From the human T2T-CHM13v2.0 reference genome, Homo sapiens, in assembly GCF_009914755.1 (NCBI RefSeq), contig NC_060925.1: DNA of 64,000 bases; one strand, written 5' to 3'. A model generated the notes under the pieces. It worked only from the letters and a program-made list of their open reading frames with translations, was not told the DNA's origin and searched no databases. Made by a program: the position numbers and the translations under genes. Shown piece after piece: positions 47,901 through 61,709 of this stretch (the stretch's first letter is position 1; each line of letters begins with the position of its first letter).

Positions 47901-48699
47901 GCACCTCTAGCCCCCTCTTAAGTGGCAAGTGCCAGATCCTCACTCAGTAACCAGGGCTTGGATTCTGTTAGTGTACGTTGTGGCTTTAGGAATGCTGGTG
48001 TACTTTACCATTGGCAGGATGAGAGGGTCTGTGTGGTCTGCAACAGAACAAAGTCTGGGATGGAGGATCCAGCACTTAGTCAGGCAACCTGCAGTGGTCA
48101 CAGCTTGGGAATGCCTAATGAAAGTGTTATGCTCCAGGCTTCTACTGCCATGTCCTCATGGAAGAAGTAGATTGACAGGTTACTTCCCCTTCCCCTTCCC
48201 TGAGGTCCAGGTAGTTCCTGCCTAACAGATAGGGGTTGGGCTGAGGTGGTGTAGTGATCCAGTCTGTCCCAGTTCCCAAGCTACCACCTCTGTAGGCACC
48301 ATTACCCTTGTTGCTTGACCCAGGCCTTGCAGCCTCAGTTATCTAGCCCATGTAGGGAAATTACATTGGGTACAAATTTGACATCTGATAACACTACCCA
48401 CCTGACTGGAAAGATCAGACATTCCCAGTGCCAGTAGAGGAACCCTAACACCTGGTACTCCTTGATTCTGTCTCCCACTCCTGTAGTATCCCATAGAAGG
48501 GAGGCAGCAGGGGAAGTATCACCTGAAGATTAGAGTTGGGGAGGCCCTGTTCAGGGTGCCAAAATGGCCTGAATCTCGAACTTACCTCCAGAATATGCAC
48601 TCTTAAGGGAAAACAGAAGAAGAATGGTTGGGAATACTGAGATTAGGATTTTCCAGGCATAGCCTAATCAGGTGGTTGCCTGGTTCACCTCCATCTCCA

Positions 48700-51000
48700 C
48701 CAAGCTCAGTGTTTTCCCAACATGTGCTGCAGTGCCATGTTTCTTTTGCATTGGAGTGTAGAATTTAGTGTCCATTCTGCTCTAGTCAGATGCAGGTATT
48801 CCACACCAGCAGGCTGTCTTGATGTCCTTTTTTCATTGCTGTCTGAGCCAGCTAGCGATTCCAGTGTTCAATAGCTCCATTGGCCTGCACATAACAGGGT
48901 GCATGGAAAGTCCATGATACTCCCTAAGAGTGTGCCCATCACGTTCCCTGGGCAGTGAAGGATGTTCCTTGGTCAGAGTAAAGTCCCATGAAGTGTCCAA
49001 AAATATGACATAATTTCCTCTCAAGGGGCTCTATGGTAGTCCCAGCATTCACATGAGTGACATATATGTCTCCCTTCCAAGCAGCAAGCTGCTGCCATAG
49101 TCCTATTCCCCATACAAGGAATCCATTAATAGTCCAGTCACTTAGTTGCCATTCCTCTGACTGAATGGCTAAGTTGTTGGCAACAGCCCATAAATTTGTG
49201 AAAATATAGCAAGATACGATGGTAGAGGTGGCCTGGATGGCCATCATCATTTCCTGTAGTTTGACCCATTGGGCAGAACATTCATGTTCAGTCTCAGTCA
49301 ATATATGACCATCCCTTGGCCAGATGGCAGCCACAACCTCGTGGACCTGTCTTCTTGTTTTACAGCTCCGTCAGTAAACCTGCCATGCCATCAGTAGGCA
49401 AGTCTCTGAGTCTTGGGCCCTGGATGGCCTCAGAGGGAGCCAAGCCAGCCATTCTGGAGCATTCAGTATGGCTAGCTTTGCTCCTTCTGATAAGCCAGCC
49501 ATTTGTTTATGGAGCATACTGGTCCCCTGGGGTCCTGGCTGGGCTCAATCTTGAATGTACCATTTATATTTGATAACTGATATCTGTCATGCACATCCAA
49601 TTGTATAGTTGGGGTTTGTGAGCCCTCAAGTGGGAATGGCCACTTCAGGTTACAGTGTCACATGTGTCCTTCAGGCTGTAAGATGTTCAGTCCCCAAGAG
49701 TGCCCAATAGCAAGCAAGGGGTTGAATTCAGAACAGACGTATCTGGTGGCTGCCTCAGGCAACTTATGTGTTTATTTATTTATTTATTTATTTTTTGAGA
49801 CAAAGTCTCGCTCTGTTGCCCAGGCCGGAGTGCTGTGGTGCGATCTCAGTTCACTGCAACCTCTGCCTCCTGGGTTCAAGTGATTCTCCTGCCTCAGCCT
49901 CCTGAGTAGCTGGGACTACAGGCACACACCACCACACCCGGCTAATTTTTGTATTTTTAGTAGAGACGGTGTTTCACCATGTTGGCCAGGATGGTCTCTA
50001 TCTCCTGACCTCATGATTCATCCGCCTCGGCCTCCCAAAGTGCTGGGATTACAGGCGTGAGCCACCATGCCTGGCACAACTTATGTGTTTAAAATGAGAG
50101 GCTGGTATAACCCAATGGCAGTTTTCTGTTGGCACAGACTCCAGTCAGCAGGCATGGGGGTTGTGGACCTCTAACTCCATTAAGCTAGCAGGCTGTCAAG
50201 GTTTTAAAGTCAATGCCTGGGCCACAGCTTTTTGAATGGCTTCCAAGGCCTGCCATTGCAAAGGGCTCTTTGTTCAAAGTGGGGAATTTGTTGGTCACTT
50301 TGACTAAGGGGGCCAGAAGGACACTTAGGTAAGGTACATACTGTTGTCAGTATCCAAAGAGGTTGACCAGCTGTTGGGCCTCCTTTTTATTAGTGGATGC
50401 TATGAGGGTTAAACATTTTTGCTTGACTTTATCTGGGATACTTCTTTGGCTTCCAGCCCAGATGGCCTTGGCATTCAGCCTGGGACAGTCCATTGTGAGT
50501 CTCCATGCCCCAAAGGCATTTCTGACTGGCCAAATTGGGCAGTTACACTGTGAAAGCATAGCTTATAACATTTTTATCTGTAGCAAGTTTTGAATTAGCT
50601 AAGTAATGTCCTGTTCTCCATTTAATATGTAATACTGCTTTTTTTTTTTAGTAACCCAATGGGTCCTGAGTAGCTTAGGTGGCAGGCAGGAGTGCCTATA
50701 CCCCACTGTTAATGGCTTGAACTCTTAGCTGTGAAAGGACATACCCCCTCAGGCAGTGGTGATATTTTGTTCCAGAAGCAGCCAAAATGTCAGTGCCTAC
50801 AATACACTTAGTGATGGAATCATGATCACTGGCACCTGAAATGGCCCAAAGGGCCCCACCCACAAGCAGATAAGCACCACAAGCAAATAGGTACCATGAG
50901 CTACCATATTCATTTCCAAACTTCCTGATGTCATCAGTTTAACTTTTTTTCCCCTAAGGGGACCTGGAAATATTGTAATGTGGGCCCCAGGGCACAAGAA
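48700..51000 (-). pseudogene. ERV-L pro/pol remnants (protease, RT, RNase H, integrase)
   Basis: CPIWPVRNAFGAWRLTMDCPRLN and IPDKVKQK...TNKKEAQQLVNLFGY (RT); SAQWVKL...YIFTNLWAVANNL (RNase H); LYSDQGTSFTAQ (IN); GAHITIFPGP (protease-like). Confidence 0.88.
49775..50076 (-). mobile_element. AluS inside pol
   Basis: TSD caacttatgtgttta at 49760 and 50077. Confidence 0.93.
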
Positions 51001-51663
51001 CCCCAGAAAAGTCTGAATCCTTCTCCTTCCCCCTTTTATCCTGACAGGAGTATGGAGCCATTGGTACTCAGTGGGGACCCAGAGACCTTGGCTCCATTTC
51101 TAACTGCACCATTCAGCCTGAGACATTTGGGTCTGCAGTGTCCTTTATCAAACACACCGCCCAGGCTGCGTAAGACTTCCCTGGCCTTCCTCCATATCCA
51201 TCCTTTAGATAGGCGGTCTCCCCATCTGTGAAGACCCACCCTGTGTGTGTTGGTTCCCTCTCAGATGTTCCAGGGACTGTCTGAGGACCTCTTTCCCATT
51301 CTCTCTCAAGTGCCTCAGGGTCCATCAGAATACCCACTTCCCAAGCTCTCTGGCCTGGGAATGAGCGATTACGTAAGTGCCCAACACCCAGGGAATTGTA
51401 CACTGCTCTATCCTGTTTCTACATTCCATACCCTCTCCTCGGTCTATGCAGCCAGCTCACTCCCATCTGCAGGGGAGGTGGGGAGACTATGTTTCGCTTA
51501 TCATCCTTCCCTCCCCATGACTCATCCAGCTGCATGTCCCGTCAGTTCCTGAATGCCCAGGCTGACATCTCTGCCTTGGGTCAGATACAGGGGGATATCA
51601 CCGTCCCACTTCACCAGAAAGCCATGGTTCTGTCAGATCAGACCCTGCTCATAGCATCAATTT

Positions 51664-52304
51664 TGTGAGGCAGGTTCACTAATAACCAATCCCAAGAGAA
51701 GACTCCCACTACAAGCAGGACAGCAGAGATCGACACTATGCCAATCGACAGAAATAGGAGCCCACACACTTCTGCCCACTACATCCTGGCCTGAAGGTCT
51801 ACCAATGTCTGCTGGAGATACACTCACATGCAACAAATTTTGTGAGGTGGGATTATTACTTACAGGCAAGCAGCAAGGGAAAAAAGAAGCCTAGGATCCA
51901 TTGTGAGGCAGCCCTCAAGGCTCAAGGAAGCTTCCTGGGCAGGATTGAGTGTTGCCCGTACATGCCCCATGTGCACCACAAGTGAGGGGCCCCAAAAGGC
52001 AGCCCACTATGAGTTATATACCTCAGGGGTCATGTGACTCACTGGACAAAGCTGGGAAGGGCATCCTGCTTCCAGGGGAGAGAGGTACAAAGCCTGGGCT
52101 GTCCCTGGCACCTCCTCTCTAACTCCAGATGTTACATTCCCTAGGAGGGACAGGAACAAGGAGGCCCAGTCTATTTCAAGCGGTTCCTTCCTTTCTCAGG
52201 ATATTGTATTCCCAGCACATTTTACAGTTTTTCTTGAGAATAACAAGCAAGAAAGAGAGGAGAACTGGGTTTGTCCAAGGCCACTTGGAATATATTGTCC
52301 TGCG
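51664..52304 (-). mobile_element. 5' LTR (MER73/74 family)
   Basis: The minus strand starts CGCAGGACAAT...GTGGCCTTGGACAAACCCAGTTCTCC. A degenerate PBS-like sequence lies adjacent (51640-51663). Confidence 0.85.
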
Positions 52305-52874
52305 CTAACATCCTAGAGGTGCCATTAAAAGTGGAAAGTTAGTTCTGCTACCCCGAACCATACTACAGCTCCCCATCCTTAACATCTCCTAGATTTAAAA
52401 CCATCCCCTAGAAGATAATATGGAGGTAAAAAGAGAAAGGGCACTGATGGAGTCGTGTGTACCCAGCCACGGAAATGAGTGATGTGACTTTTGTTCTCAC
52501 CTCCTCCAAGTGAGGGGTCTCCAAGAGAATCACTCATAGAAATTGGTGGGCTGGCAAGAAGAGACTGTTATCTCAATCTCTGGTTGGATATCTGCTGATG
52601 AGCTTGTTGATCTGTACTCTGTGATCACTAGAGCAGGGAGAGAAGGATGACAGGGAAAGAGCTATCACTCTTACCACTTGGTTTAGCAAGGATGTGTGAG
52701 TCAAATGAACAGTGTGGAAATCGGTGTGAGTTTACTGTGAGTTAAATGAACAGTGTGAAACTCAACAGGGTGTGGGCCATCTTGCCGGTTCTCCTTCCAA
52801 GAGAATTGGCTGCCAAGCCAGGGAACCTAGTTATACCACCAAGAGCAGGGCTGAGGGGTTGTGGGAAGTAGTTA

Positions 52875-53425
52875 TGAGGCAGGAGAATAGGGTCTGAAGG
52901 CAAGGAACCTAAGGCGGTTTCATGCCGACTTCCTTAGAACTAAATTGAAAGGAAAGCCTTAACTTTCCACGCCTAAGTAACAAAAGGACCAGAAGCTGCT
53001 CCCTTTAAAAACTCCTACCTTTTCTGCAGGGCAGATGGGAAACTGAAAGTACCTCTGATTGGTTGCTTTTTGCAATCAATCAGATGTTTGCATAGGAGTG
53101 TAACTTTGTAACTTCACTTCAGCCTCTGATTGGTTGTTTTCCACAACCAATCAGACTGATTGTGGGCCACCACTTCATTTACATGGGGTGAACACCAAGT
53201 GGCCGATGGGAAACCTCTAGGGGGTATTTGGACCCAAGAAAATGCTGCATCAGAGCCCTTGAGCCTCTGCTCAGCCTGCTCCCACACTGTGGAGTGTACT
53301 TCCACTTTCAATAAATCTCTGCTTTTGTTCCTTCTTTCCTTGCTTTGCTGTGCGTTTTGTCCAATCCTTTGTTGAAAACGCCAAAAATCTGGACAACTTG
53401 CAGTCAAGACCCTCTACCAGTAACA
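52875..53425 (+). mobile_element. Solo ERV1 LTR MER51 (MER51B-like)
   Basis: tgaggcaggagaatagggtctg...ctgattggtt CCAAT repeats...aataaa...ccagtaaca. TSD gtta/gttt. Confidence 0.85.
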
Positions 53426-54789
53426 GTTTTAAGCTGCAGCAGATCTCCCATCAAGGAATTGTGTACTGGGGAGAGCTCCCAGGGAACTAACCCATGTGCC
53501 TATTAAGAACTAGCATTTGGGTACCTTCCAAATGGAAGGTATTCGTGACCAATCAGCCTTCAACTGAGAGGTGGAGAGAACCAACAGACAATTGCAATTA
53601 AATGCCCAGTTAGGCAAAATGACTTTTGGCCCTCACTTCCCAGCCCTCCCTGATTTTTCCTCAGGGTCCCAACACAATAAGTATTTTTGGGAAAGGCAGA
53701 CTTCTATTAAAGGACAGAATACACCACTTCCCCAAACCAAGCTCCACTGCTCAAGTCTGGCTGGTGCTGAGGGGAAGGAAGGAAGTTTTGCAAATCTCAC
53801 TGCAAAACTTGAAATGAGATGTAAGATTTTAAGTGGACTGCATTAGACTGGACTTCTAATAATTAAGTAAACAGAAAACTACAGAATCCGTCAGGGCTGG
53901 AAGAACTGAGAGTATGGTTGAAGGCACTGGTTAAAACCTCATTGAGAATATGTTCAGCAGAGTTCAGAATGTTCATTAAGTTGTTTCTACATGCAAAAAG
54001 TCTTTGAAGTAAGAGGCAGCCTGGTTTGTTAAACTGATAGTTTCTGAAGATGACTGGAACACAGAGGGAGAGAAGGAAGTCTGGAAGACTAGGAAGAAGT
54101 CAGGCAATGACAGCCTTGTTAAGGTGTTCGGACTTTATTCTGTGGGCCAAGAGAAGCCATGAAATATTTTAATGATCAAATTTGCATCTTAGAATGATCC
54201 CACAGCCGGTAGGGTAGGGACTAGAAACAGGGAAATCATTTAAGCAAGAGAAAATGGTATGGCAGTGGAGATAGAGAAATGGCAGTGTGGATGGAGAAAA
54301 GTGGGAAGATATGTAGGTGGAGAACTGTCAGGAATTGCTTACTGATGAGACGTGGGCTCGAGGGAAAGGCGAAGGAAGCTTCTCTTTCCCTACCTCTCCT
54401 TCCAACTGGCCCTAGAATTGCTGTCCGGTTTCCAGTCCCTGCTCACACTTCATTCAATGGTGGAGGAATGCCCAGCTGCTGTCCCATGGGGGTCTGGAGG
54501 TCTATGGGCACCAACAGTACCATTTCCACAGTCTTTCCAGCAGCGATAGGAGGCAGGCTGTGCCTCGAGTGTCATCTGGTTTGGAGGCCGAGGTCCCCAC
54601 GTTTAAGTGACTTGCTTAAGACCCCACAGCTGGTTTGTTACAGAGTCCAAATTTCACTCTCAGCTTTAGGGCTCTTTTAATAACACTTCATTGCTGCATC
54701 CCGAAGTTAAGCAAAAGAAACAAAATAAAGATAAAAAGGAAAGCACTGTTCCAAATGCATAGCCTGGAGCATAGCAAAATATGTAATTA

Positions 54790-55170
54790 AAGACCCGCGC
54801 CTGATGTCGGGGAGCCTCGATGTGCGCATGCGTCCCAGGCTGAGGCCGCCGGAAGAGGTCAGGCGGTTCGCCGGCGTTCCAAGTTGGAGGCCAGCCCAGG
54901 ACAAGGAGGGGAAGTGCGCATGTGCTCCAAATCATTTCCCGGCCGAGGAAATTGGCTAAGACCGTTAGCTGGTGGGAATCGGAAGAGAATGGGTCACTCG
55001 GGCTGTGCGCGGGGCACTATGGGTGTTGTAGTTTTTGCAGGGTGGTAGCAGTTTGTTCTTTTAAGAGGAAATCTTCGCGACTAGTTGAGTCACGAAGATT
55101 TTTGAGAAAATCATTTGAGAAAAAGTTGCTTGCACGGGGGAATCGAGTGTGGACTAGCTACGTGGGTGTG
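54790..55170. promoter_or_regulatory. CpG-rich housekeeping-type promoter (NRF1, ETS/GABPA and CGCG motifs)
   Basis: tgcgcatgcg at 54823, tgcgcatgtg at 54915, ccggaag at 54849, ggaagtg at 54910, tcgcga at 55075. Confidence 0.8.
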
Positions 55171-55455
55171 GCTTAATTCTGCTGTTTCTCTTTTGGATGA
55201 GACATTGAATGAAGTGTGAGCAGGGACTGGAAACCCGACAGCATTTCTAGGGTCACTTTCTGCCTTGCCTTCGTTAACGCTCAGTTCCTCCCACATCTTT
55301 GGCTTCCCTCTATAATACCTACAGATTCCCTTTATTATTTCATACTAGCTCCGACTAGTCTTAAATACTCTGTTTCTGTCCTCTTTCTCACACGCAGTTC
55401 CTGGAATCTTCATCCTTCTCTCCCTCGTGAGTACCTTTTCTTGTTTTTGTCCTAG

Positions 55456-57240
55456 ACAGGGCTCCTCTAACACTCTGCCCTTGCCCCAGGAGTCACGCCA
55501 AGGACCCTAAGAAAAGGATCCCACAGTAAATGTTTTTAGGCACGAGCAGATCGGAACCATCCTACTTCATTTCACTTATTTCTGCTTCTCTTCCGATCCT
55601 TGTCTCTTCTGGTTCCACCTCTATGTTCTACCTCTCTGTAGCCTCTTTGCTTCTTTGAAGTCTGGTGGCCTTAGATAGGAACTCTCAGACCTGCCATTTT
55701 GTCTCTGGCCTCCACAGCCTGTCATTTAACAGAGGACCTAACCCTGGGTTGACTTCTAGGTCAGAGAGTGGGAAGTGAAACAAACTGGAAAAAGAGAGGA
55801 AACTGATGTATTAGGTTTGAAGAAGTCGTCAGGGAGATATATGGTGAAAGAGGGGGAAGAGAGAGTAAAACTTCTTGTGCCCTCAAAAACTCTTTAGTGC
55901 TGGCTGTGTGCAGAGGTCTGTGAGCTCTGTGGTGGGGATGCATTAGTTAGAATCTTAGATGCTGAGAGTTCAGTTGTAGAGAACACAGATATACAGGTGA
56001 GCAACATTGCAGAATGACATCGATTTATCTTTTACCTTTCTGTGTGTGCTTCTGCTCCTTCCCATACCTACCCCAGCTAATTCCAAAGTATTTTGCTTCT
56101 TCACATCTTTCTCTGTTATACACTCCACTTCCCATTCTTAAGGCCCCCTTCCCTTTGTTCTGACCCAAGCTATTTCTTTTGTATATCATGTTAAAGTCAT
56201 ATTTTAGTCTAGCTCTCAAAAACACCATGGTTGTATTTTCAAAGAACTTCCAGAATCTGCTTATTATCTCTTTCAAAGCATGAAATATGCAATAAAACCA
56301 ATACTATTTTTCATTTAAAAAATATGTAGAGTAATAGTTGAAAGTGGAGAGTGATAATGGATGAATGAAAGTTGACCAGAACCCAGGAGTTTGAGACCAG
56401 CCTGAGCAAAATGGTGAAACCCCATCTATACAAAAAATACAAAAACTAGCCAGACATGGTGGTGACTGGACCTGTGGTCCCAGCTACTCGGGAGGCTGAG
56501 GTGGGAGGATCGCTTGAGTCTGGGAGGTCAAGACTGCAGAGAGAGCCATAATCATGCTACTGCACTCCAGCCTTGGCGACAGAGTGAGATACTGTCTCCA
56601 AAAAAAAAAAAAAAAAAAGAGAAAGAAGGAAGGAAGGAAGTTGGAAATTTGGCTATACCTCATTTTGGTTTTCTTCCTTTGTTTTGAATTCTCAAAAATG
56701 TTGGATTCCCATAATACTAATATACATTTGAGACATGTATTTTTTTTTCTTTTTTTACTCAGGTTTGGTTAGCAGGACATTTCCAGGGTATCACAGTATA
56801 CTGAAATATTACAAGAAAGGTCCATAAATGCTGTACATCCTCCAATCTGTAAATTGTTCAGCAACAGGAAGACAGTGAAAGATAGACGGCAACTCACCAA
56901 GAAGAATATGTCAGTGATTTCCCCTAAGATGTGATTGTTCCACAGAAGCATTCTTCAGGGGAGTGGGTCTGTGCAGGCAGTAAGTGGGAAGATCTTCACT
57001 TAGTGTGCCGTCCTTCCTCAGCTTCAAGAGAATCCACTTGAAGGAGAAGTCCCATATATTATGTCCAATGCTGTGAAGCATCTTTTGGTGCCTTCATTTC
57101 ATCCAACACCAAAATCCTCAATGTTGAAGAAATCTATAAATGTAGTATTGACCTTGAGAAAAAGTTGAGCACAACTGCGCCCTCATGCAGCACTGGAGAA
57201 ACCTATACATGTAAAGAAGGACAGTTTTCATTTGACTCTC
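55456..57240 (+). pseudogene. Decayed C2H2 (probably KRAB-type) zinc-finger gene
   Basis: Exon candidates: 55456-55525, one ending at 55996 (cag|gtgag), and a last exon from 56763 (long polypyrimidine tract plus cag). Broken finger and linker motifs GKIFT*..LPQ/KRIH..EKSH, FIQHQ, IYKCS, LMQH and TGE-TYTCKE (57192). Confidence 0.6.
56377..56622 (+). mobile_element. 5'-truncated AluJ
   Basis: gaggtgggaggatcgcttgag, with poly(A). Confidence 0.88.
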
Positions 57241-60200
57241 AGAGCTGATTGTATATTGGCAAACATATTTTTCTGCCATTGCTTAGGGATAAGAAATCTA
57301 ACAGAAACATCAAATAAAATACTGAAGAGAGAAAAAAAACACTTTTTTTTTTAAGGCCTTCTAGAAGGGGCAATTGAGCATACTCCACATATGTTGGCTA
57401 GTTTACCAGGAAAAAATAAAAGGAGCCAATTTGAGCAGTGGACTCTAGGTGACAGTTCTGTTTGGGCTGATGAAATCGATCAGCCATGAATACTCTGTCA
57501 ATGTCTCCCACTACGATTCTCTTGCCATTTTTTTTTTTACCCAACCTCCACTATTTGGCCTAAACATCACCTCTGTCAGTCTCAGAGTTACACTCTCCCT
57601 CCTGTATTCTCAAATTTTCACATAGTTGTATGTGTGATTATAACATCATGGTTTCAGCTGGTTTCATCCTCTGGTCCGTTTACCCACCTCTTTTGATCAT
57701 CGCCTTTTGTCTGGGCCATAAGTGAAAGTAAAAAGGACATTAGGTGAGTAGGAAAGGAGATTTGTTCACAATGCCTTTCACCTTGGCATTTGCCTTGGCT
57801 TCTGACCTTCTTTACTCTGGGATGCTTTTCGTGACCTCTCACACCCCATGATGGGTTAAGGGGTCTTTCCTCAAGTTGGTTTGCCCCGACTTTAGTACTT
57901 AATTATGCTGTATTATGTCAGGCTTAGGTGTATATCCACCTTACTAGTTGTAATCTCCATGCAGACATGGAATATGTCCTATTCAGCATTGTGTTCCTAG
58001 TACCTGGCATACAGTCAGTATGAGTAGATGAGTGAATGTAAAGCTCTTGTTTTTGCTAAACCCCTTTAAACCTTCTTGCTTCCCTCTTCCCCGTCATTTT
58101 TTCACAGCTCTGTGCTTCCCGTCCCCCATTAGTCCCCATCATTTTTCCACAGATCTGAGTTTTTCCCCCACCATTTATGTTCATACATTTTGCTTAGTTA
58201 AACCCAGCTTGCTCGTCACTGGCTACATGGAAAGGTGCTGGATATGGATGATTGCTTTTAGTATCAAAATCTGTCGGAAGTGTCTATATATTTTTCTTCC
58301 AGCCTTAGGCTTATTTTATGAAATTAAAATAAATATGAAGACTCTGTAGGTCTTGAGTTAGTATCACTTGAAAATGGAATTTCTCTGAATATTCTCTGAA
58401 TAGAATAGTTTCTTGCTTGTTGCTGATATTGAATTGTAGGCCATTTTTGTAAGGATGATCAACTCTGAGTCATCCTTACATCCTGTGAAGAGAATAGACT
58501 TGTGAAGAGGCTCATCTTTCTTTAGTTTGGGAGTAGTGTTTTCATTTGATTATATTTAATGTTGGGAATTCATACTACTTCCTAGCATATCACGACACCA
58601 CAATGTGAAGTCCCCATTTAGGAGGCACTAGAAATCTTCCTCATTTCACTGCCTGTTCAATTTCTGCCACCCTTTAAGCTATATTAATTATGACATGTCT
58701 TCCCGGATAGATGTAGGTGCCCTGGAGCAAGGCACACCAAAAAACCACTCCTTGTTCCTCTGCCTAATTCATTGTAAAAGCATATTCTTTATGATGGCCT
58801 CAATATTGCCAGTATTTTCTCTTTTCATATTAATGTCTGAAAAATGGCTCTGGGATTCAGAAGCTGGAATTTAGATTCTTTGTCACTAAATAGTTTCCCT
58901 CTGTTCATTTCATTTTCACTTGAATTCCCTCATATTGGGAATTCCCTGGGGTTACACACCAACCTTCCTTTGACTCTCCCCAGGTGGCTCATACAACTCT
59001 ATTTGAGGAAAAGATTGTTGGGAAAAGAAACTGTACAGCAGAAGGGGAAGCAAGAAAGGGAAGAACAATTTTACTCAAAATGGTACTTCTGAGTTTAGTT
59101 TTCTTTTCAGAGATGCTATGAAGTCAAGCGTACATTTTTCCTTTTGCCAGTTATTCATTTGTTTTATCCTCTTTCTTTTGGGTCTAAGGATTCTTTCTAG
59201 GCCCAGTGAAAACTTTTCCTAGATGATGTGTCCATTTGAAACATAGCATGTGCAGAGAATCCTGATAAGGTGCAAGAACGCGATCAGGATTGTTGTGAAC
59301 AAGCTTTGGCAGGGGGAGGGGTGTGTGTGTTGGAAGCAGTGTGCAGGGGGAGATGTAGAAGGTCAGCTTCGGTTCCCTTTTTTTTTCCGATCAAAATGAA
59401 TATGAGGAGGATGTTTAGTCCATTAGGAGAGTCTAGAGAGGAAAGGAATAAGGGAGGGTGAGGGAGAGGTAGAAGGGACTACAAGGAGGTCCATTTTACC
59501 TGGACTGTGTATTTACTGTACCTGGGGAGCATTACTGAAATGTACAAAGTTGCCTGTTAGGAAAGGGGTCCTGGCTGGTCTCCCTCCCACTGGAGGCACT
59601 TTGACCACAATTTTATAGATTGTGAAACAAATAACTTGTTCAAAATCTCACTGCTGTTAGTGACGGAGGAGATGAAAGAACCAAGGTTTGAGCGTTGTTT
59701 GACTAAAAAGCTCTTACTCTTTTCCTTATGTTCTGTTGGCTAAGGTATGGTGGGGTTAGGGTGGGGTGGAGTCACTGGCATTTCTGGTACATTCCTGGAG
59801 TTCCTCATTAGTAGGGAGGGGTTGTTGGGATGCAGATGTGAACATGGACATGCTAAATGAGGACAAATTATACTGCTGTCTCCTGTCCTTTTTCTTCTTG
59901 TGTTGTGACCCTTGATCACTCAGTCAGACATACCAGTGGTTACATACTCACACTACAGCACCTTGACAGCATGGACAAACATCGAGGCAAGGGAGGCATA
60001 TTTGGGCAGAGTGGGAAATGATCTTGGTCCTTGGGAGTCTTTGGGGATTCTGCTGCTTTTCCTCAAGTACCCCATTTTTTTCTGATCATTTGTGTGTTTG
60101 GGGTGAGGTGGCTGGTGCCTAAATAGGCTGGTGCCTAAATAAGATGGGATATAGTGTTCTGGAACCTATGACTTCATCTGCTGCTTGATGTAGGCAGATC

Positions 60201-61174
60201 TACTCAGGAAATTCCCCCTTCACCTTCATTGAATCTATATTTTCATCCTCAAAATCCTGGACTACCTCCTTCTCTTTCCACTAAGAGTCTTTGCAGACAG
60301 TCTACTGGGATGGTTAAAGAGAATCAGCCAGCAGCTTGACTTGTTTCATTTGGTTCTTGGGTGAGCAAACCCCACAGGAAACCCACTCTTTCTCTTGACT
60401 TCATAGCGACGTGGAACAGACTTGCTTGCTCTGCTTTATCAGGCTTGGGTGATTGATTATAAATTGAGGTCTCTTACCCTTGGATTATGACAGCAATATA
60501 TGTATATTATAGACATTTCAGAAAAATCATAAAATTATGAAACAAAAGTCACCTGTTTTTATCTTTACCTAGAGAAAACACTGTTAACATTTTAGAAATT
60601 GTTAACATTTTAGAAATTTCCCTTCCAATAGTTTTATCTGCACATATATAAAAATATATTAATATATACAGCTACATTTAATAAGATGTAAATTAAAAAG
60701 TTTAAACAAGGCTGGGGAGAAGGAACCAAAGTGTTCCTAATAGTTGTCTTCTTTTAGTGCTTTTTTCCTTATATAAACACTTAACATCAAATGGGACTGA
60801 TAAAACAGGGTTGTAAAAATTGTAAAGCTACACTATAGATAGAATAGTAGAGCTTCAATAAGTAGAGCACAATTGCCTTAAGGCAGCACTGTTGTCCATG
60901 GTTATGTTTCCTGTACCTATTGCTGGGTGGCTGATGGGAGTGTCTTATCAGTCTGGCACAGGATGGGCAGCAACAGTCAAGGAATGAAGCCAGACATTGT
61001 TGAGTCAGGCCTGAGGGTTGAGTGAGGCTATGCACAATATGATTAGTCCCAAATTTAGAAGTTAGAATGGCTATAGAATATATAGCACTATCTAAGAGAA
61101 GTATAATGCAAGCCATGTGTGTAACTGAAATTTTTCTAGTAGCTATATTAAAAAGGTAAAAAGAACGAGGTACA

Positions 61175-61311
61175 ATTTTATTTTTATTTTTTTAGACAGG
61201 ATCTCACTGGGTTGCATAGGCTGGTCTCAAACTCCTGGACTCAGGCTCAAGTAATACTTGCCTCAGCCTCACGAAATTCTGGAATTACAGGTATGGGCCA
61301 TTGTGCCTGGC
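61175..61311 (-). mobile_element. Alu monomer (FLAM-type)
   Basis: Single diverged Alu arm. Confidence 0.8.
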
Positions 61312-61391
61312 AATAATTAATTTTAATAATATATTTAACCCAGCATATCCAAACTAATTTCTACATGTAATCAGTAGTTTAAAAATTATTA

Positions 61392-61709
<318 letters not shown>

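Noticed and set aside
59218-59270. atgatg...ctga with a short terminal stem, resembling a C/D snoRNA
   Set aside because: Imperfect C box, only ~50 nt long, and no recognisable rRNA/snRNA antisense element.
60582-60617. 18-bp tandem duplication tgttaacattttagaaat x2
   Set aside because: Simple slippage within an old L1 fragment; not informative.
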